Positions 1 through 9,713 of a stretch of 44,186 nucleotides of DNA are shown here, in pieces. Both the position numbers and the translations under genes were made by a program. Numbering within the stretch: position 1 is the first letter of the stretch; each line of letters begins with the position of its first letter. The stretch is from Bacteroidia bacterium. GTDB taxonomy: Bacteria; Bacteroidota; Bacteroidia; B-17B0; Aurantibacillaceae. Where the stretch lies: positions 1 through 44,186 of the forward strand of contig JBIKOX010000001.1 in the NCBI GenBank assembly GCA_044357775.1, written 5' to 3'. The notes beneath the pieces were generated by a model, which was not told the origin of the DNA, did not search any database, and worked only from the letters and a program-made list of their open reading frames with translations.

Positions 1-1350
1 TAAAAAAGCGGGAGATTTGTGTATGCTTCCAAAACAAAAAAACATAAATCAAATGGGTTTTTATAGCACATTTGAAGAACAGTTAAATCATAATCATCCA
101 CTTTATAAATTAAGTTTAGCAATAAGATGGCATATATTTGATGATGCCTTTGCAAAACATTATAGTCTAACACAGGGCAAGCCTGCAAAGCCAATAAGGC
201 GTATGGTGGCACTATTAATATTAAAGCAATTGCGTAATTTAAGTGATGAGTCAGTTGTAGAACAATGGTCTGAAAACAGCTATTACCAATACTTTAGTGG
301 GGAGCAGTTTTTCAGTGCCAATATGCCTTGTGTTCCAACAGAGCTTGTAGAATTTAGAAAACGCATAGGAACAGAAGGCGTTGAACTCATTTTCAAAGAA
401 AGTATAAAAGTAAATGGAGATGATGCTAATGATGATAATTTAAGTATTGATACGACTGTACAAGAAAAGAATATCACTTATCCAACGGACGATAAACTTT
501 ATAAAAAAATCATAAAAAAATGCCAATCTATTGCAAAGGGAGAACACATAGAGCTTCGGCAAAGTTATACTCAAACTATTAAGAAACTCAGTACAATACA
601 GCGTTTTAAGAAAAACAAAAATGGCTGGGCAAAAGCAAAAAAAGCAAGTAAAAAAATAAAAACAATTGCTGGTGTTTTAGTACGTGAATTAAAACGAAAA
701 CTATCTGCGCAGACATTAAGTAAATACAGTAATGATTTAAATTTGTTTGAAAAAGTATTACTCCAAAAGCGTGGTGATAGCAATAAAATATACAGTTTAC
801 ACGAACCAGATGTAAAGTGCTACACTAAAGGAAAAGAGCATAAACGTTTTGAATTTGGAAGTAAAGTATCTATTGCTGTTACACAAAAAACCGGAGTCAT
901 AGTTGGCGCACTAAATTTTAATAGCACGGAACATGATAGTAAAACATTAGAAAAAGCACTAACCCAATACACTAATTTAACGAATAAAACAGCTAAGACA
1001 GTTTTTGTGGATAGAGGTTATCGTGGTCCAAAAACGGTTAATGAAACAACAATCTGTGTTCCTAAACCTGATAAAAATATCACAAAAACAAAACGCAGAA
1101 GACATAGCAGAAGAGCCGCTATTGAGCCAGTGATAGGGCATCTAAAAAGTGATTACAGAATGAATAGAAACTTCTTAAAAGGAATAATGGGAGACGAAAT
1201 GAATGTATTACTATCAGCAGCTGCCATGAATTTTAAACGAGTCATGAACCTCTGGAAACAGAGGCTCATTGACTTTATATTAAAAATTGTTTTAGAAACT
1301 TTGTTTTATAATCAAGGATTGAAATTGACTTTTTGAGGGGCGACTAATTA
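1..1350 (+). mobile_element. IS5-family insertion sequence, left end cut by window edge
   Basis: An intact DDE transposase ORF begins about 20 nt from the window start, so the left inverted repeat is not visible. The right boundary is not defined by a recognisable IR and is placed before the hairpin at 1351. Confidence 0.65.
23..1336 (+). CDS. IS5-family DDE transposase (InsH-like N-terminal domain)
   Basis: N-terminal 'FEEQL..HPLYKL...I.W' DUF772-like region. DDE candidates lie in 'SIDTTVQEKNITYPTDDKL', 'VFVDRGYRG' and 'RRAAIEPVIGHLKSDYRMNRNFLKG'. ATG at 23; the track start at 17 is TTG. Confidence 0.85.
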   Translation: MLPKQKNINQMGFYSTFEEQLNHNHPLYKLSLAIRWHIFDDAFAKHYSLTQGKPAKPIRRMVALLILKQLRNLSDESVVEQWSENSYYQYFSGEQFFSANMPCVPTELVEFRKRIGTEGVELIFKESIKVNGDDANDDNLSIDTTVQEKNITYPTDDKLYKKIIKKCQSIAKGEHIELRQSYTQTIKKLSTIQRFKKNKNGWAKAKKASKKIKTIAGVLVRELKRKLSAQTLSKYSNDLNLFEKVLLQKRGDSNKIYSLHEPDVKCYTKGKEHKRFEFGSKVSIAVTQKTGVIVGALNFNSTEHDSKTLEKALTQYTNLTNKTAKTVFVDRGYRGPKTVNETTICVPKPDKNITKTKRRRHSRRAAIEPVIGHLKSDYRMNRNFLKGIMGDEMNVLLSAAAMNFKRVMNLWKQRLIDFILKIVLETLFYNQGLKLTF

Positions 1351-1386
1351 AAAGAAAGGTCGTGTATTTTGCACGAGCTTTCTTTT
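1351..1386. terminator. Hairpin between transposase and convergent hydrolase gene (possible bidirectional terminator)
   Basis: aaagaaaggtcgtg (1351-1364) pairs with cacgagctttcttt (1372-1385) with one mismatch, and the flanks are T/A-rich. Confidence 0.4.
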
Positions 1387-1438
1387 CCAAAAATTTGGTT
1401 AACCTAAATCGTTAAGATTTTTACTGATTGAATTAACG

Positions 1439-2305
1439 TTATTTGCTTTTTATTTTTTGAATTAGTTCTTGAATTTCATCAATCACTAAAGCGGGTTCTT
1501 CCAAATGAATAAAATGCCCGGATTTATCTGTTGTGATTATTTTAGTATCTTGATTTATTTTTTTCCAATTTTCAAAAAACTGAATGCGGTATTCGGTTTC
1601 TTTGTCAATGTAGGAATTATCAACATCTAAGTTAGTTGAAATTAGCAGTGTAATTGGAATGTCCGCTGGCACTTTTAAATCCTTCACAATACGTTGATTA
1701 GTTGAAAAACCAGCACTATCAAAATCAAAACATTTTTTAGATTCCGCTTTATGAGTTTTTGTGCGACCTGGAATTTTTAAATAGGATTTAAATTCTTCCC
1801 TAAAAATTATTTTATCTGAATCACTTCTCATTGCTAATCCATTTTTAAATTCGTATTCGTGTGCAGGCTCAACAAAAACCATTCCTGCAACAGTGTTGGG
1901 ATACATATTTACAAAGCAACGCATAATATATCCACCAAGTGAATGCCCCACTAAAATATAAGGGGGCTTTATTTTTTCTTTCAACAACAACTCATGCAAT
2001 TCAAAAGCCATCGTATCTACAGTTCGTTCATTTTTAAAAGCTTCTGATTGCCCAAGTCCAGCCCTATCGTATGAAAAGATTTGAGTTGTGTTTTTTATTT
2101 TATTATAAACTTTTTTAAAATCTGTTTGCGTACGACCTTTTCCTGTTAAGAAAACTACCGTAGGTTCTCCTTCTCCTTCAACTATAACGTATTGTTTTTT
2201 ACCATGAAGATAGACGAAGTAACCGGCATCACCTTCGTATAATTGCCCTGAGGAAAGAGCTAAGAGTAAAATTAATGGGATAATTATTTTTAAAAGTGCT
2301 ATCAT
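1439..2305 (-). CDS. Secreted alpha/beta-fold hydrolase
   Basis: N-terminal signal-like segment, nucleophile elbow 'VGHSLGG', and a C-terminal 'SGHFIHLEEP' His region. Confidence 0.8.
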   Translation of the reverse strand: MIALLKIIIPLILLLALSSGQLYEGDAGYFVYLHGKKQYVIVEGEGEPTVVFLTGKGRTQTDFKKVYNKIKNTTQIFSYDRAGLGQSEAFKNERTVDTMAFELHELLLKEKIKPPYILVGHSLGGYIMRCFVNMYPNTVAGMVFVEPAHEYEFKNGLAMRSDSDKIIFREEFKSYLKIPGRTKTHKAESKKCFDFDSAGFSTNQRIVKDLKVPADIPITLLISTNLDVDNSYIDKETEYRIQFFENWKKINQDTKIITTDKSGHFIHLEEPALVIDEIQELIQKIKSK

Positions 2306-2314
2306 AACTTTATA

Positions 2315-3943
2315 TTAATTCACAAACACATCGGTAAATTGAAAATGCTTGCCATTAAACAAGCCTTTATCACTTAGTTTTAATTCGGGGATTACTAATA
2401 ATGCCATAAATGATAAACTCATGTAGGGAGCACGTAATTTACTTCCTAATGCTTTAGCGCGTTGGTCTAATTTAGTATAAGCTTCCGCTACTTCTTCTGC
2501 GGGTTGGTTAGTCATAATGCCTGCAATGGGCAATTCTAAAACTAATTCTTCATTTCCATTTGCTAATGAGATGCCGCCTTTTGCTTTAATAATTAAATTA
2601 ACCGCCTCACACATATCTTCATCGTTTGTGCCAACCACCATAATATTATGGCAATCATGAGCTACACAACTGGCGATGGCGCCTTGTGTTAAGCCAATAT
2701 TTTTAATAAAAGCGATAGCAATAGGAGCATCTTTATAACGATTTACAACAGCAATTTTTAAAACATCTTGCTCTACGTTAGATTCAGAAAAGCCATCTCT
2801 TGAGAATGAGGCTACAAATAATTCGTTAGTAATTAATTGCCCATCTAAACATTCAATAACTCTGATGTTATCTCCATCACATTTTAATTTAAAATCATTA
2901 GTAGTTTTTAAATTGCAATTAAAATTATTTACAATTGGCGCATTTACCGATTTAATAAATGACTTACCTTTTTCAGCTACTAACGCACCGCTAACATATG
3001 TTTTTAATACATTAAAGTTTTGCAAAGTATCAATCTCTATAAAATCGGCATTATCTCCTAATTGCAGCAACCCAACATTTAAATTGTAATGTTTTACTAC
3101 ATTATAGGAAGCTGCCCTTAAAACATTATACAAATCGTGACCTTCTCGTAATGCCCGTTTTACATGATGATTAATGTGAGATTCAATCAAATCGTCAGGA
3201 TGCTTATCATCACAACAAAACATTATTTGTTCGGGATAATCTTTTAACAAAGAAATTAGGGTTTCAAAATTTTTAGCGGCGCTCCCTTCTCTGATTAATA
3301 TTTTAACACCATGTTTTATTTTATCTAAGGCCTCGATGTAACCAAAGCACTCATGGTCAGTTGTGATGCCTGCATTAAAATAATGCTTCATGTCATCGCC
3401 AATTAATCCTGGCGCATGACCATCAATTGGTTTACCATGTTTTTTAGCAATTGCTATTTTTTTTAAAACCTCTTCATCTTTATAAATCACGCCAGGAAAA
3501 TTCATCATTTCTGCCAAATACACAATTTCTTTTTTAGATAATAAAGTATCAATATCACTAGAATTAATTATTGCACCGGCTGTTTCAAAATTTGTAGCTG
3601 GTACACATGATGGTGCTCCAAAATAAAAGTGGAACGGAACTTGTGTAGCGTTCTCAATCATATAATCAACACCTGCAACTCCCAAAACATTAGCTATTTC
3701 GTGTGGATCTGAAATAGTTGCAACAGTGCCATGCTTTACTGCAATTCGGGCAAATTCTGACGGAACAAGCATGCTACTTTCTATGTGAACATGCGCATCA
3801 ATAAAACCAGGTAAAATATAGGTATTTAGAACTTCGGAAATTTTGGTAATTGAAATAATTTTCTTGTTTAAAATAGTAACTTCAGCAGCAAAAATTTCTT
3901 TCGCAACAATATCTATAAGGTTTGCTTTAATAATCAAGTTCAT
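2315..3943 (-). CDS. ade: Adenine deaminase
   Basis: 542 aa. '[14 protein letters not shown]' metal-binding HxH motif, with length and architecture typical of the Ade family. Confidence 0.85.
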   Translation of the reverse strand: MNLIIKANLIDIVAKEIFAAEVTILNKKIISITKISEVLNTYILPGFIDAHVHIESSMLVPSEFARIAVKHGTVATISDPHEIANVLGVAGVDYMIENATQVPFHFYFGAPSCVPATNFETAGAIINSSDIDTLLSKKEIVYLAEMMNFPGVIYKDEEVLKKIAIAKKHGKPIDGHAPGLIGDDMKHYFNAGITTDHECFGYIEALDKIKHGVKILIREGSAAKNFETLISLLKDYPEQIMFCCDDKHPDDLIESHINHHVKRALREGHDLYNVLRAASYNVVKHYNLNVGLLQLGDNADFIEIDTLQNFNVLKTYVSGALVAEKGKSFIKSVNAPIVNNFNCNLKTTNDFKLKCDGDNIRVIECLDGQLITNELFVASFSRDGFSESNVEQDVLKIAVVNRYKDAPIAIAFIKNIGLTQGAIASCVAHDCHNIMVVGTNDEDMCEAVNLIIKAKGGISLANGNEELVLELPIAGIMTNQPAEEVAEAYTKLDQRAKALGSKLRAPYMSLSFMALLVIPELKLSDKGLFNGKHFQFTDVFVN

Positions 3944-4079
3944 AATATGATTTCATTTATTTTCAAAATGTATATATAAAGAAAAAATCTATATTATTTC
4001 TTTAACTCTGAGAAAGTTGAGTTACTTTAAAATTAAATCTATGTAGATGTTGAGTCCGCCAAATCTGACCGTTCAATTT

Positions 4080-5363
4080 TTATTCTTTAATACCTAATTT
4101 ATTTGAATACTTTTTATTTAAGTCATTTTGAAAATTATTTAAGTTTAGGGTTCTTCCATTAATAAACGCCACTATAATTTTATTTGATTTCATATCTAAA
4201 ATATCCCCTTCCGATACAACTAGAGATGCTAATTTTCCTGTTTCTATGCTTCCAATTAAATGATCTACGCCTAAAATTTTAGCTGAACTTAGCGTAATAC
4301 TCTGCAAAGCTTGTTCTTTTGTTAAGCCATAAGCCGCCGCAGTACCTGCTAAAAATGCAATATTCCTTGCATTCATTGCTTCCATATCTCCTTGGTTTTG
4401 TAAACAAAAAAGTACTGAATCTTTTTGTAATAAAAAGGGCAACTTATACATTAAATCTATTTCTGCTTCAGGTAATTCAGGTAAATCATGCAAACGATTA
4501 AGCATCACCGAAATATTATTTTCTTTTAAAAATTTGGTTATTTTATAGCAGTCTTTTCCTCCAACTAATACCATCTTTTTAATATTAAACTTTTTAGCAA
4601 AGTTTACTGCGCCAATAATATCTTTCACATAATCTGTATGAATGTATAAATTTTTCGAACCATCAAAAATACCTTTCATCGCTTCAAACCGTAAGTTCTT
4701 CTCGGTTATAGTAGTTGTGTTATAGTACGCAAATGCATTTGTAAAAAAAGCAGATAATTCAGTTACTTGTTCTGTGTATTTATTGTTTTTATCGCTTGGT
4801 TTAGGCTCAGCCCACCAACCATGCCTTTGCATTGTTTGCGGAAAATTCAAGTGAATACCATCATCCGCTTTAATTACTGCATCTTCCCAATTCCATCCAT
4901 CGGTTGCTAGTATAGATGAAGTTCCACTAATGGTTCCATAACGAGGTGTTGATTGCGTATATAGCACTCCATTAGTTTTTACAGTTTCTAAAATTTTACT
5001 TTCAGCATTGTAGGCAATTAAACTTCTTATGTGTGGATTATATTCGCCCACCTCGGCGTAATCGCTTGTTTGCCTCACTGCTTCAGCTTCTTGTAATCCT
5101 AAAACACAATTTGGTGCAATTAATCCAGGATAAATATGCTTGCCATATAAATCAATAGTGGTGTCAAATTTTGTAAAATCAACTTTGATTAATCTGGCAT
5201 CGGCCACTAAATCTATTTTCCCGTCCTTTATAGAGATTAGGCTATTTTCTATAACCTCACCATTACCAATGTGAGCTATTGCATTTTTCAACAAAATAAG
5301 CTTTTTATTTTGTGCTGTTAGCAAATTAGATAGTAATACAAATAAAAAAAAGAATTTAGTCAT
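4080..5363 (-). CDS. Secreted amidohydrolase-superfamily protein with degenerate metal site
   Basis: The start is moved to the ATG at 5363 (MTKFFFLFVLLSNLLTAQ signal peptide), which removes the overlap with the rsmB-like gene. The amidohydrolase fold is recognisable, but 'PGLIAPNCVLG' replaces the usual 'PGxIDxHxH'. Confidence 0.7.
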   Translation of the reverse strand: MTKFFFLFVLLSNLLTAQNKKLILLKNAIAHIGNGEVIENSLISIKDGKIDLVADARLIKVDFTKFDTTIDLYGKHIYPGLIAPNCVLGLQEAEAVRQTSDYAEVGEYNPHIRSLIAYNAESKILETVKTNGVLYTQSTPRYGTISGTSSILATDGWNWEDAVIKADDGIHLNFPQTMQRHGWWAEPKPSDKNNKYTEQVTELSAFFTNAFAYYNTTTITEKNLRFEAMKGIFDGSKNLYIHTDYVKDIIGAVNFAKKFNIKKMVLVGGKDCYKITKFLKENNISVMLNRLHDLPELPEAEIDLMYKLPFLLQKDSVLFCLQNQGDMEAMNARNIAFLAGTAAAYGLTKEQALQSITLSSAKILGVDHLIGSIETGKLASLVVSEGDILDMKSNKIIVAFINGRTLNLNNFQNDLNKKYSNKLGIKE

Positions 5364-5439
5364 AGCTTCTATTAGATTGGTGGTAGGTAAATATAAGAAA
5401 AAAATAAAGTAACTTCGAGCTTTAATATTAGTTGGATTT

Positions 5440-6651
5440 ATGAGTAAAAGAATAATAAAACAAGCAAAACCGCACCGTATTTTATTGCAAACAATTGTTG
5501 ATGCTTTAGTTATCATATTTAAGGAAAATAAATATGCTGATAAAGTGATTGAAAAAACTTTAAAAGAGCATCCAAAATTTGGCGGAAGAGATAGACGATT
5601 TATTGCAGAAAGCACCTATGGCGTTGTTCGTCATTACAGATTATTGGCACATTTAGCAGGCACAGAAGATGGCTTTTGGGAAATATTAGGTACTTATTTT
5701 ATCATTCAATATTTACCAATACCTGATGAAAGAGAATTTAAGCGCTTAATTGAAAAAGAGATTTTAGATAAATATAAAAGCATAAAAGACGAAAAAATTT
5801 TACAAGCGTATCCTGATTGGCTTTGGGAAATATGTGAACGGGAGTTAGGAACAGAAGTTTGGGAAAAAGAAGCTAAAGCATTGAACAATCAAGCTTCGGT
5901 AGTATTGCGTGTAAATACATTGAAAACAAAAAAAGACATTTTGACTAAACATTTAGCCGAGCAGGAAATAGAAGTTGAAAATATTGAAGGTTTTAATGAT
6001 GCGTTATTGTTACTAAAGCGTCAAAATATTTTTCAAAATCAATTATTTAAGTTAGGCTTGTTTGAATTGCAAGATGCTGGCTCTCAGTATATTTCAGAAT
6101 TTTTAAATGTAGAACCTGGCATGCGTGTTATTGATGCCTGCGCCGGTGGGGGCGGTAAAACATTGCACATTTCAGCATTAATGCAAAATAAAGGACGCAT
6201 TATTTCGATGGACATCACACAATGGAAGTTAGATGAACTAAAAAAACGTGCGCGCCGTGCAACTGCAAGTAATGTTGAACCTCGATTAATTGAAGGAACT
6301 AAAACTATTAAACGTTTAGAAAACACAGCAGATAGATTATTATTAGACGTGCCTTGCAGCGGAACGGGTGTTATAAAACGTAATCCGGATGCTAAATGGA
6401 AATTGAATTTAGATTTTATTGAAAGGACGAAAGCCATTCAGCAAAAAATTTTAAACGATTATTCAATCATGACAAAAAAAGGCGGACAGTTGGTATATTC
6501 AACCTGCAGTATTTTACCTAGCGAAAATAGAAAACAAGTAGATTATTTTTTGGAAAATAATAGTGATTTTGAACTAATTAAAGATAAAACTATTTTACCA
6601 AGCGAAGGTTTTGATGGTTTTTATATGGCTTTGATAAAGAGAAAAAATTAA
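5440..6651 (+). CDS. RsmB/NOP2/Sun-family rRNA cytosine-C5 methyltransferase
   Basis: NusB-like N-terminus, SAM motif 'DACAGGGGKT', and catalytic motifs 'DVPCSGTGV' and 'YSTCS'. Confidence 0.85.
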   Translation: MSKRIIKQAKPHRILLQTIVDALVIIFKENKYADKVIEKTLKEHPKFGGRDRRFIAESTYGVVRHYRLLAHLAGTEDGFWEILGTYFIIQYLPIPDEREFKRLIEKEILDKYKSIKDEKILQAYPDWLWEICERELGTEVWEKEAKALNNQASVVLRVNTLKTKKDILTKHLAEQEIEVENIEGFNDALLLLKRQNIFQNQLFKLGLFELQDAGSQYISEFLNVEPGMRVIDACAGGGGKTLHISALMQNKGRIISMDITQWKLDELKKRARRATASNVEPRLIEGTKTIKRLENTADRLLLDVPCSGTGVIKRNPDAKWKLNLDFIERTKAIQQKILNDYSIMTKKGGQLVYSTCSILPSENRKQVDYFLENNSDFELIKDKTILPSEGFDGFYMALIKRKN

Positions 6652-6667
6652 TTACTTTTAAAAATTA

Positions 6668-7087
6668 ATGATGATACACGATTCAACATATTCTGTTTTT
6701 GAATCACACACTGATGCGATCTCTCATATTGATTTTTGGGATAACGGAATTATTTGCATCAAATTAAAACCCCACGTAAATATTGAAATAGATGATATTA
6801 AAGCTCAGCGCCTGTTTTTATCCCAAAAATTTAATGGGATAAACAAGCACCTTATATTAGTTGAAACAAGCATTCAGTCTAGTATTTCAAAGGAAGCGAG
6901 AGAATTTGCAGCTAAACTTGAAATTAATCCAGTTACAAAAGCAACAGCAATCATTACGAATTCACTAGCAGATAGAATAATTATTAATTTCATCATAAAA
7001 TTTTCGATAAAGAAAAATACGAAAATGAAAATGTTTGATAGTAAACAAAAAGCAATTGCTTGGCTATTATCCTTTAATCAGTATTGA
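6668..7087 (+). CDS. Hypothetical protein, possibly STAS/SpoIIAA-like
   Basis: 139-aa ORF with clean spacing after the previous gene. The fold guess rests only on a loose resemblance, with no diagnostic motif. Confidence 0.35.
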   Translation: MMIHDSTYSVFESHTDAISHIDFWDNGIICIKLKPHVNIEIDDIKAQRLFLSQKFNGINKHLILVETSIQSSISKEAREFAAKLEINPVTKATAIITNSLADRIIINFIIKFSIKKNTKMKMFDSKQKAIAWLLSFNQY

Positions 7088-7130
7088 AATAAATAAAATA
7101 CAATCAATGAATTTTAGCCAGAACTTAAAT

Positions 7131-7156
7131 AAAACAATAAATATCTACATATGAAA
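7131..7156 (+). repeat. Upstream copy of a 25/26-nt direct repeat that duplicates the rhodanese translation-initiation region
   Basis: aaaacaataaatatctacatatgaaa here versus aaaacaataatatctacatatgaaa at 7221-7245. This copy reads ATG AAA TAG. Confidence 0.8.
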
Positions 7157-7220
7157 TAGCCATGTTTGCTAAAACACAAACACAAATGAAGATAAACTGG
7201 CTAAACCATATGACAACTAA

Positions 7221-7245
7221 AAAACAATAATATCTACATATGAAA
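7221..7245 (+). repeat. Downstream copy of the direct repeat, containing the real rhodanese start codon
   Basis: Differs from 7131-7156 by a single 1-nt indel. The ATG at 7240 opens the 128-aa rhodanese ORF. Confidence 0.8.
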
Positions 7246-7626
7246 AAAACAGTAATACTTTTTGCCCTTTTTGCTTCCGTAATTAGTTTTGCGCAAACTA
7301 AAGTGGAGCATGTTGATGCGGCAACATTCAAAAAATTTATTGATGAGAAAAAATCTTTATTAATTGATTTACGCACAGATGATGAATTAAAAAATAAAGG
7401 TTACATCAAAGGCGCCACGCAAATTGACTATTTTAAGAAGGATGCTGAAATGGTGATTTCTAAATTAGACAAGAAAAAAACGTATTTAATATACTGCGCG
7501 GGTGGCGGCCGAAGTGGAGAATGCGCCGAGTTAATGCAAAAAGCAGGGTTTGTGCATGTTGTTGATTTAGAAAAAGGATTTGATGATTGGAAGAAAAAAG
7601 GATTTGAAATTGAAATGAAGAAGTAA
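7240..7626 (+). CDS. Secreted single-domain rhodanese (sulfurtransferase)
   Basis: Signal peptide 'MKKTVILFALFASVISFAQ' and active-site loop 'YCAGGGRSGE'. Confidence 0.85.
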   Translation: MKKTVILFALFASVISFAQTKVEHVDAATFKKFIDEKKSLLIDLRTDDELKNKGYIKGATQIDYFKKDAEMVISKLDKKKTYLIYCAGGGRSGECAELMQKAGFVHVVDLEKGFDDWKKKGFEIEMKK

Positions 7627-7673
7627 ATATAGTTTTAACTGAAATTGTTTTAACAAATAATTTAATTTCATTA

Positions 7674-7720
7674 CAAAAAAAAGCCGAACTTCTCAAAATT
7701 CTATTGAAAAGTACGGCTTC
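7674..7720 (-). terminator. Rho-independent terminator downstream of tRNA-Leu
   Basis: On the minus strand, GAAGCCGTAC...GTTCGGCTT forms a stem (7681-7720) followed by a T-run (7674-7680). Confidence 0.55.
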
Positions 7721-7721
7721 G

Positions 7722-7800
7722 TACCCAGCGCCGGACTCGAACCGGCACGGTTTCCCACAGGTGTTTGAGACCAGCGCGTCTACCATTCCGCCAGCTGGGC
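7722..7800 (-). tRNA. tRNA-Leu (anticodon CAA)
   Basis: The reverse complement folds as a cloverleaf. The acceptor is GCCCAGC/GCTGGGT, the anticodon loop CTCAAAC has U33 and A37, the T-arm is GCCGG-TTCGAGT-CCGGC, and an extra variable arm (TGG-GAAA-CCG) marks a class II tRNA. No CCA is encoded. Confidence 0.9.
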
Positions 7801-7885
7801 ATTTTACTTTTTTTTTGCTAGTTTCCCAACAATAAGGGCTGCAAATGTAACAGAATTTTATGGAATAGAAAAAAACTAGTAAATA

Positions 7886-7918
7886 TTGTATAAAAAACCA
7901 CTAAAAATCATATATTTG
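7886..7918 (+). promoter_or_regulatory. Candidate Bacteroidota sigma-A promoter for prs
   Basis: -7 box TATATTTG (7911-7918) matches TAnnTTTG. A TTG sits at 7886-7888 about 22 nt upstream. Confidence 0.3.
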
Positions 7919-7935
7919 CGTCCCTTAAACTTAAG

Positions 7936-8868
7936 ATGGAAACAGACGTTAGATTATTTTCAGGTGGAGCAACTAACACGCTTGCCGAACAGATTGCCAA
8001 ATTTTATGGTAAAGATTTAGGTCAAATGGCTCATTATCGCTTTAGTGATGGCGAATTGCAGGTATCTTATAATGAGAGTATTCGCGGTCAAAGTGTTTTT
8101 GCAATTCAGTCAACCATGCCGCCAGCAGATAACTTAATGGAATTATTACTTATGTTAGATGCTGCAAAACGCGCATCTGCCAAAGAAATAGTTGCCGTGC
8201 TTCCGTATTTTGGTTATGCGCGACAAGATAGAAAAGACCAACCTCGTGTTGCTATTGGAGCAAAATTAGTAGCTGATATGCTTGCTTTGGCCGGTGCTAC
8301 AAGGGTGATGACGATGGATTTGCACGCAGACCAAATTCAAGGTTTTTTTGATATACCAGTAGATCATTTATATGCATCCTCTATATTTTTGCCTTATATA
8401 CAATCATTAAACTTACCGCACTTAACTATTGCTGCACCTGATATGGGTGGAAGCAAGCGAGCTAATGCGTATTCTAAACATTTAAAAGCGGAAATTGTAA
8501 TTTGCTACAAGCAGCGAACTCAGGCTAATGTAGTTGATCATATGACTGCTATTGGTGAAATTGAAGGTAGAAATATTGTATTAGTAGATGATTTGGTTGA
8601 TACGGGCGGAACTTTATGCAAAGCTGCAGATATGATGATGGAGCGCGGTGCATTAAGTGTAAGAGCAGTTTGTACTCATGCTATTTTATCAGGTAAAGCT
8701 TATGAAAATATTGCTAACTCAAAATTAACCGAACTTATTGTAACAGATACTGTTCCAATAAAACAACAAAGCGACAAAATTAAAGTGTTAAGCGTAGCCG
8801 AATTATTTGCTAAAGTAATTCACAGTGTGCAACACTACGAATCAATTAGTAGCAATTTTATAATGTAA
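7936..8868 (+). CDS. prs: Ribose-phosphate pyrophosphokinase
   Basis: 'YFGYARQDRK', 'DLHADQIQGFF' and the PRPP loop 'VLVDDLVDTGGTL'. Confidence 0.95.
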   Translation: METDVRLFSGGATNTLAEQIAKFYGKDLGQMAHYRFSDGELQVSYNESIRGQSVFAIQSTMPPADNLMELLLMLDAAKRASAKEIVAVLPYFGYARQDRKDQPRVAIGAKLVADMLALAGATRVMTMDLHADQIQGFFDIPVDHLYASSIFLPYIQSLNLPHLTIAAPDMGGSKRANAYSKHLKAEIVICYKQRTQANVVDHMTAIGEIEGRNIVLVDDLVDTGGTLCKAADMMMERGALSVRAVCTHAILSGKAYENIANSKLTELIVTDTVPIKQQSDKIKVLSVAELFAKVIHSVQHYESISSNFIM

Positions 8869-9008
8869 TTAAACTCGCAAACTATAAAACATAATCGATG
8901 TAAATGAAATGAAGCGAGCATTTTAAATCATCACAAAAGCAAATAAAAAATGACACGAGCGAAAGCGAACGGCATTTTATAATTAAAAACAATTTAAACC
9001 AAAACAAA

Positions 9009-9590
9009 ATGAAATCAGTACAATTGAGCGGTTCGCCAAGAGCGAACGTAGGGAAAGTTGATGCAAAAGCAATCAGACTAAAAGGACATGTGCCATGTGT
9101 AATTTATGGAGGAAATGAACAAATTCATTTTCATGCAGATGAACGTTCTTTTAAACCAATTATTTTCACTCCAAATGCACACATCGTAGAAATTAATTTG
9201 GATGGTAAAGTATACAAAACAGTATTGCAAGAAACACAATACCATAAAATTACAGATAAGTTAATTCATGCTGATTTTTTACAAATCGTTGATGGCAAAC
9301 CAGTAACTGCTAACATTCCAGTTGTATTAGTTGGTCAGTCAGACGGAGTTAAAAAAGGTGGTAAATTAGTATTAAAAATGCGTAAATTAAAAGTACGTGG
9401 TATTGCTGATAAATTACCAGACACTATTGAAATCAATATTTCTAAATTAGATATTGGTAACTCTATTGCTGTTGGTGAAATTAATGTTGATGGCGCTACG
9501 TTATTAAATGCTAAAAACGTCTCTGTTGTTTCTGTGGCTACTACTCGTGCCGTTGCAGCTGAAACAACTGCTGCTCCTGCTAAAAAATAA
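9009..9590 (+). CDS. rplY: 50S ribosomal protein L25 / Ctc form
   Basis: Long-form L25: 'RLKGHVPCVIYGG', 'HADFLQI', and an Ala/Thr-rich C-terminal tail. Confidence 0.9.
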   Translation: MKSVQLSGSPRANVGKVDAKAIRLKGHVPCVIYGGNEQIHFHADERSFKPIIFTPNAHIVEINLDGKVYKTVLQETQYHKITDKLIHADFLQIVDGKPVTANIPVVLVGQSDGVKKGGKLVLKMRKLKVRGIADKLPDTIEINISKLDIGNSIAVGEINVDGATLLNAKNVSVVSVATTRAVAAETTAAPAKK

Positions 9591-9610
9591 TTTTATATAT
9601 AAGCCATTAA

Positions 9611-9645
9611 AAACCTCTATCTAATTTGATGGAGGTTTTTTTATT
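9611..9645 (+). terminator. Rho-independent terminator after rplY
   Basis: aaacctc...gaggttt stem (9611-9638) followed by a T-run. Confidence 0.6.
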
Positions 9646-9713
9646 TTTTTTATATCAAATATTTTTTCTTGTTGATGTAATTATTAGTACCAACCATAAA
9701 ACTTTGTAAAAAA

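Noticed and set aside
3944-4079. Possible purine riboswitch upstream of adenine deaminase
   Set aside because: The reverse complement shows no three-way-junction core or conserved purine-riboswitch loops, only AT-rich sequence with a weak 5-bp hairpin.
5364-5615. N-terminal 84 codons of the 511-aa track ORF
   Set aside because: The extension overlaps the divergent rsmB-like gene. The internal ATG at 5363 is followed by a textbook signal peptide.
6084-6437. Internal or antisense track ORFs inside well-supported genes (e.g. 6084-6437, 2865-3089, 10400-10833, 11888-12207, 13745-14017, 17428-17661, 18013-18312, 26669-26866, 27875-28102, 29662-29916, 36595-37188, 42448-42768)
   Set aside because: Each is fully embedded in a longer CDS with clear family motifs on the other frame or strand. 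None has a motif of its own.
7162-7174. 13-nt identity atgtttgctaaaa shared with 41384-41396
   Set aside because: In a 44-kb AT-rich window, matches of this length are expected by chance, and the flanks do not extend the similarity.
7460-7786. 108-aa minus-strand ORF
   Set aside because: It overlaps the 3' end of the rhodanese CDS, the terminator hairpin and most of tRNA-Leu, so it is not credible as a gene.
8869-9008. Possible structured ribosomal-protein leader before L25, or degenerate copies of the GC-rich repeat (gagcgaaagcgaacgg, also cagagcgaaatcgaag at 41273-41288)
   Set aside because: These are only short, imperfect resemblances to the 20731-20745 segment, with no convincing stem-loop. 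The match is too weak to call without genome-wide repeat statistics.
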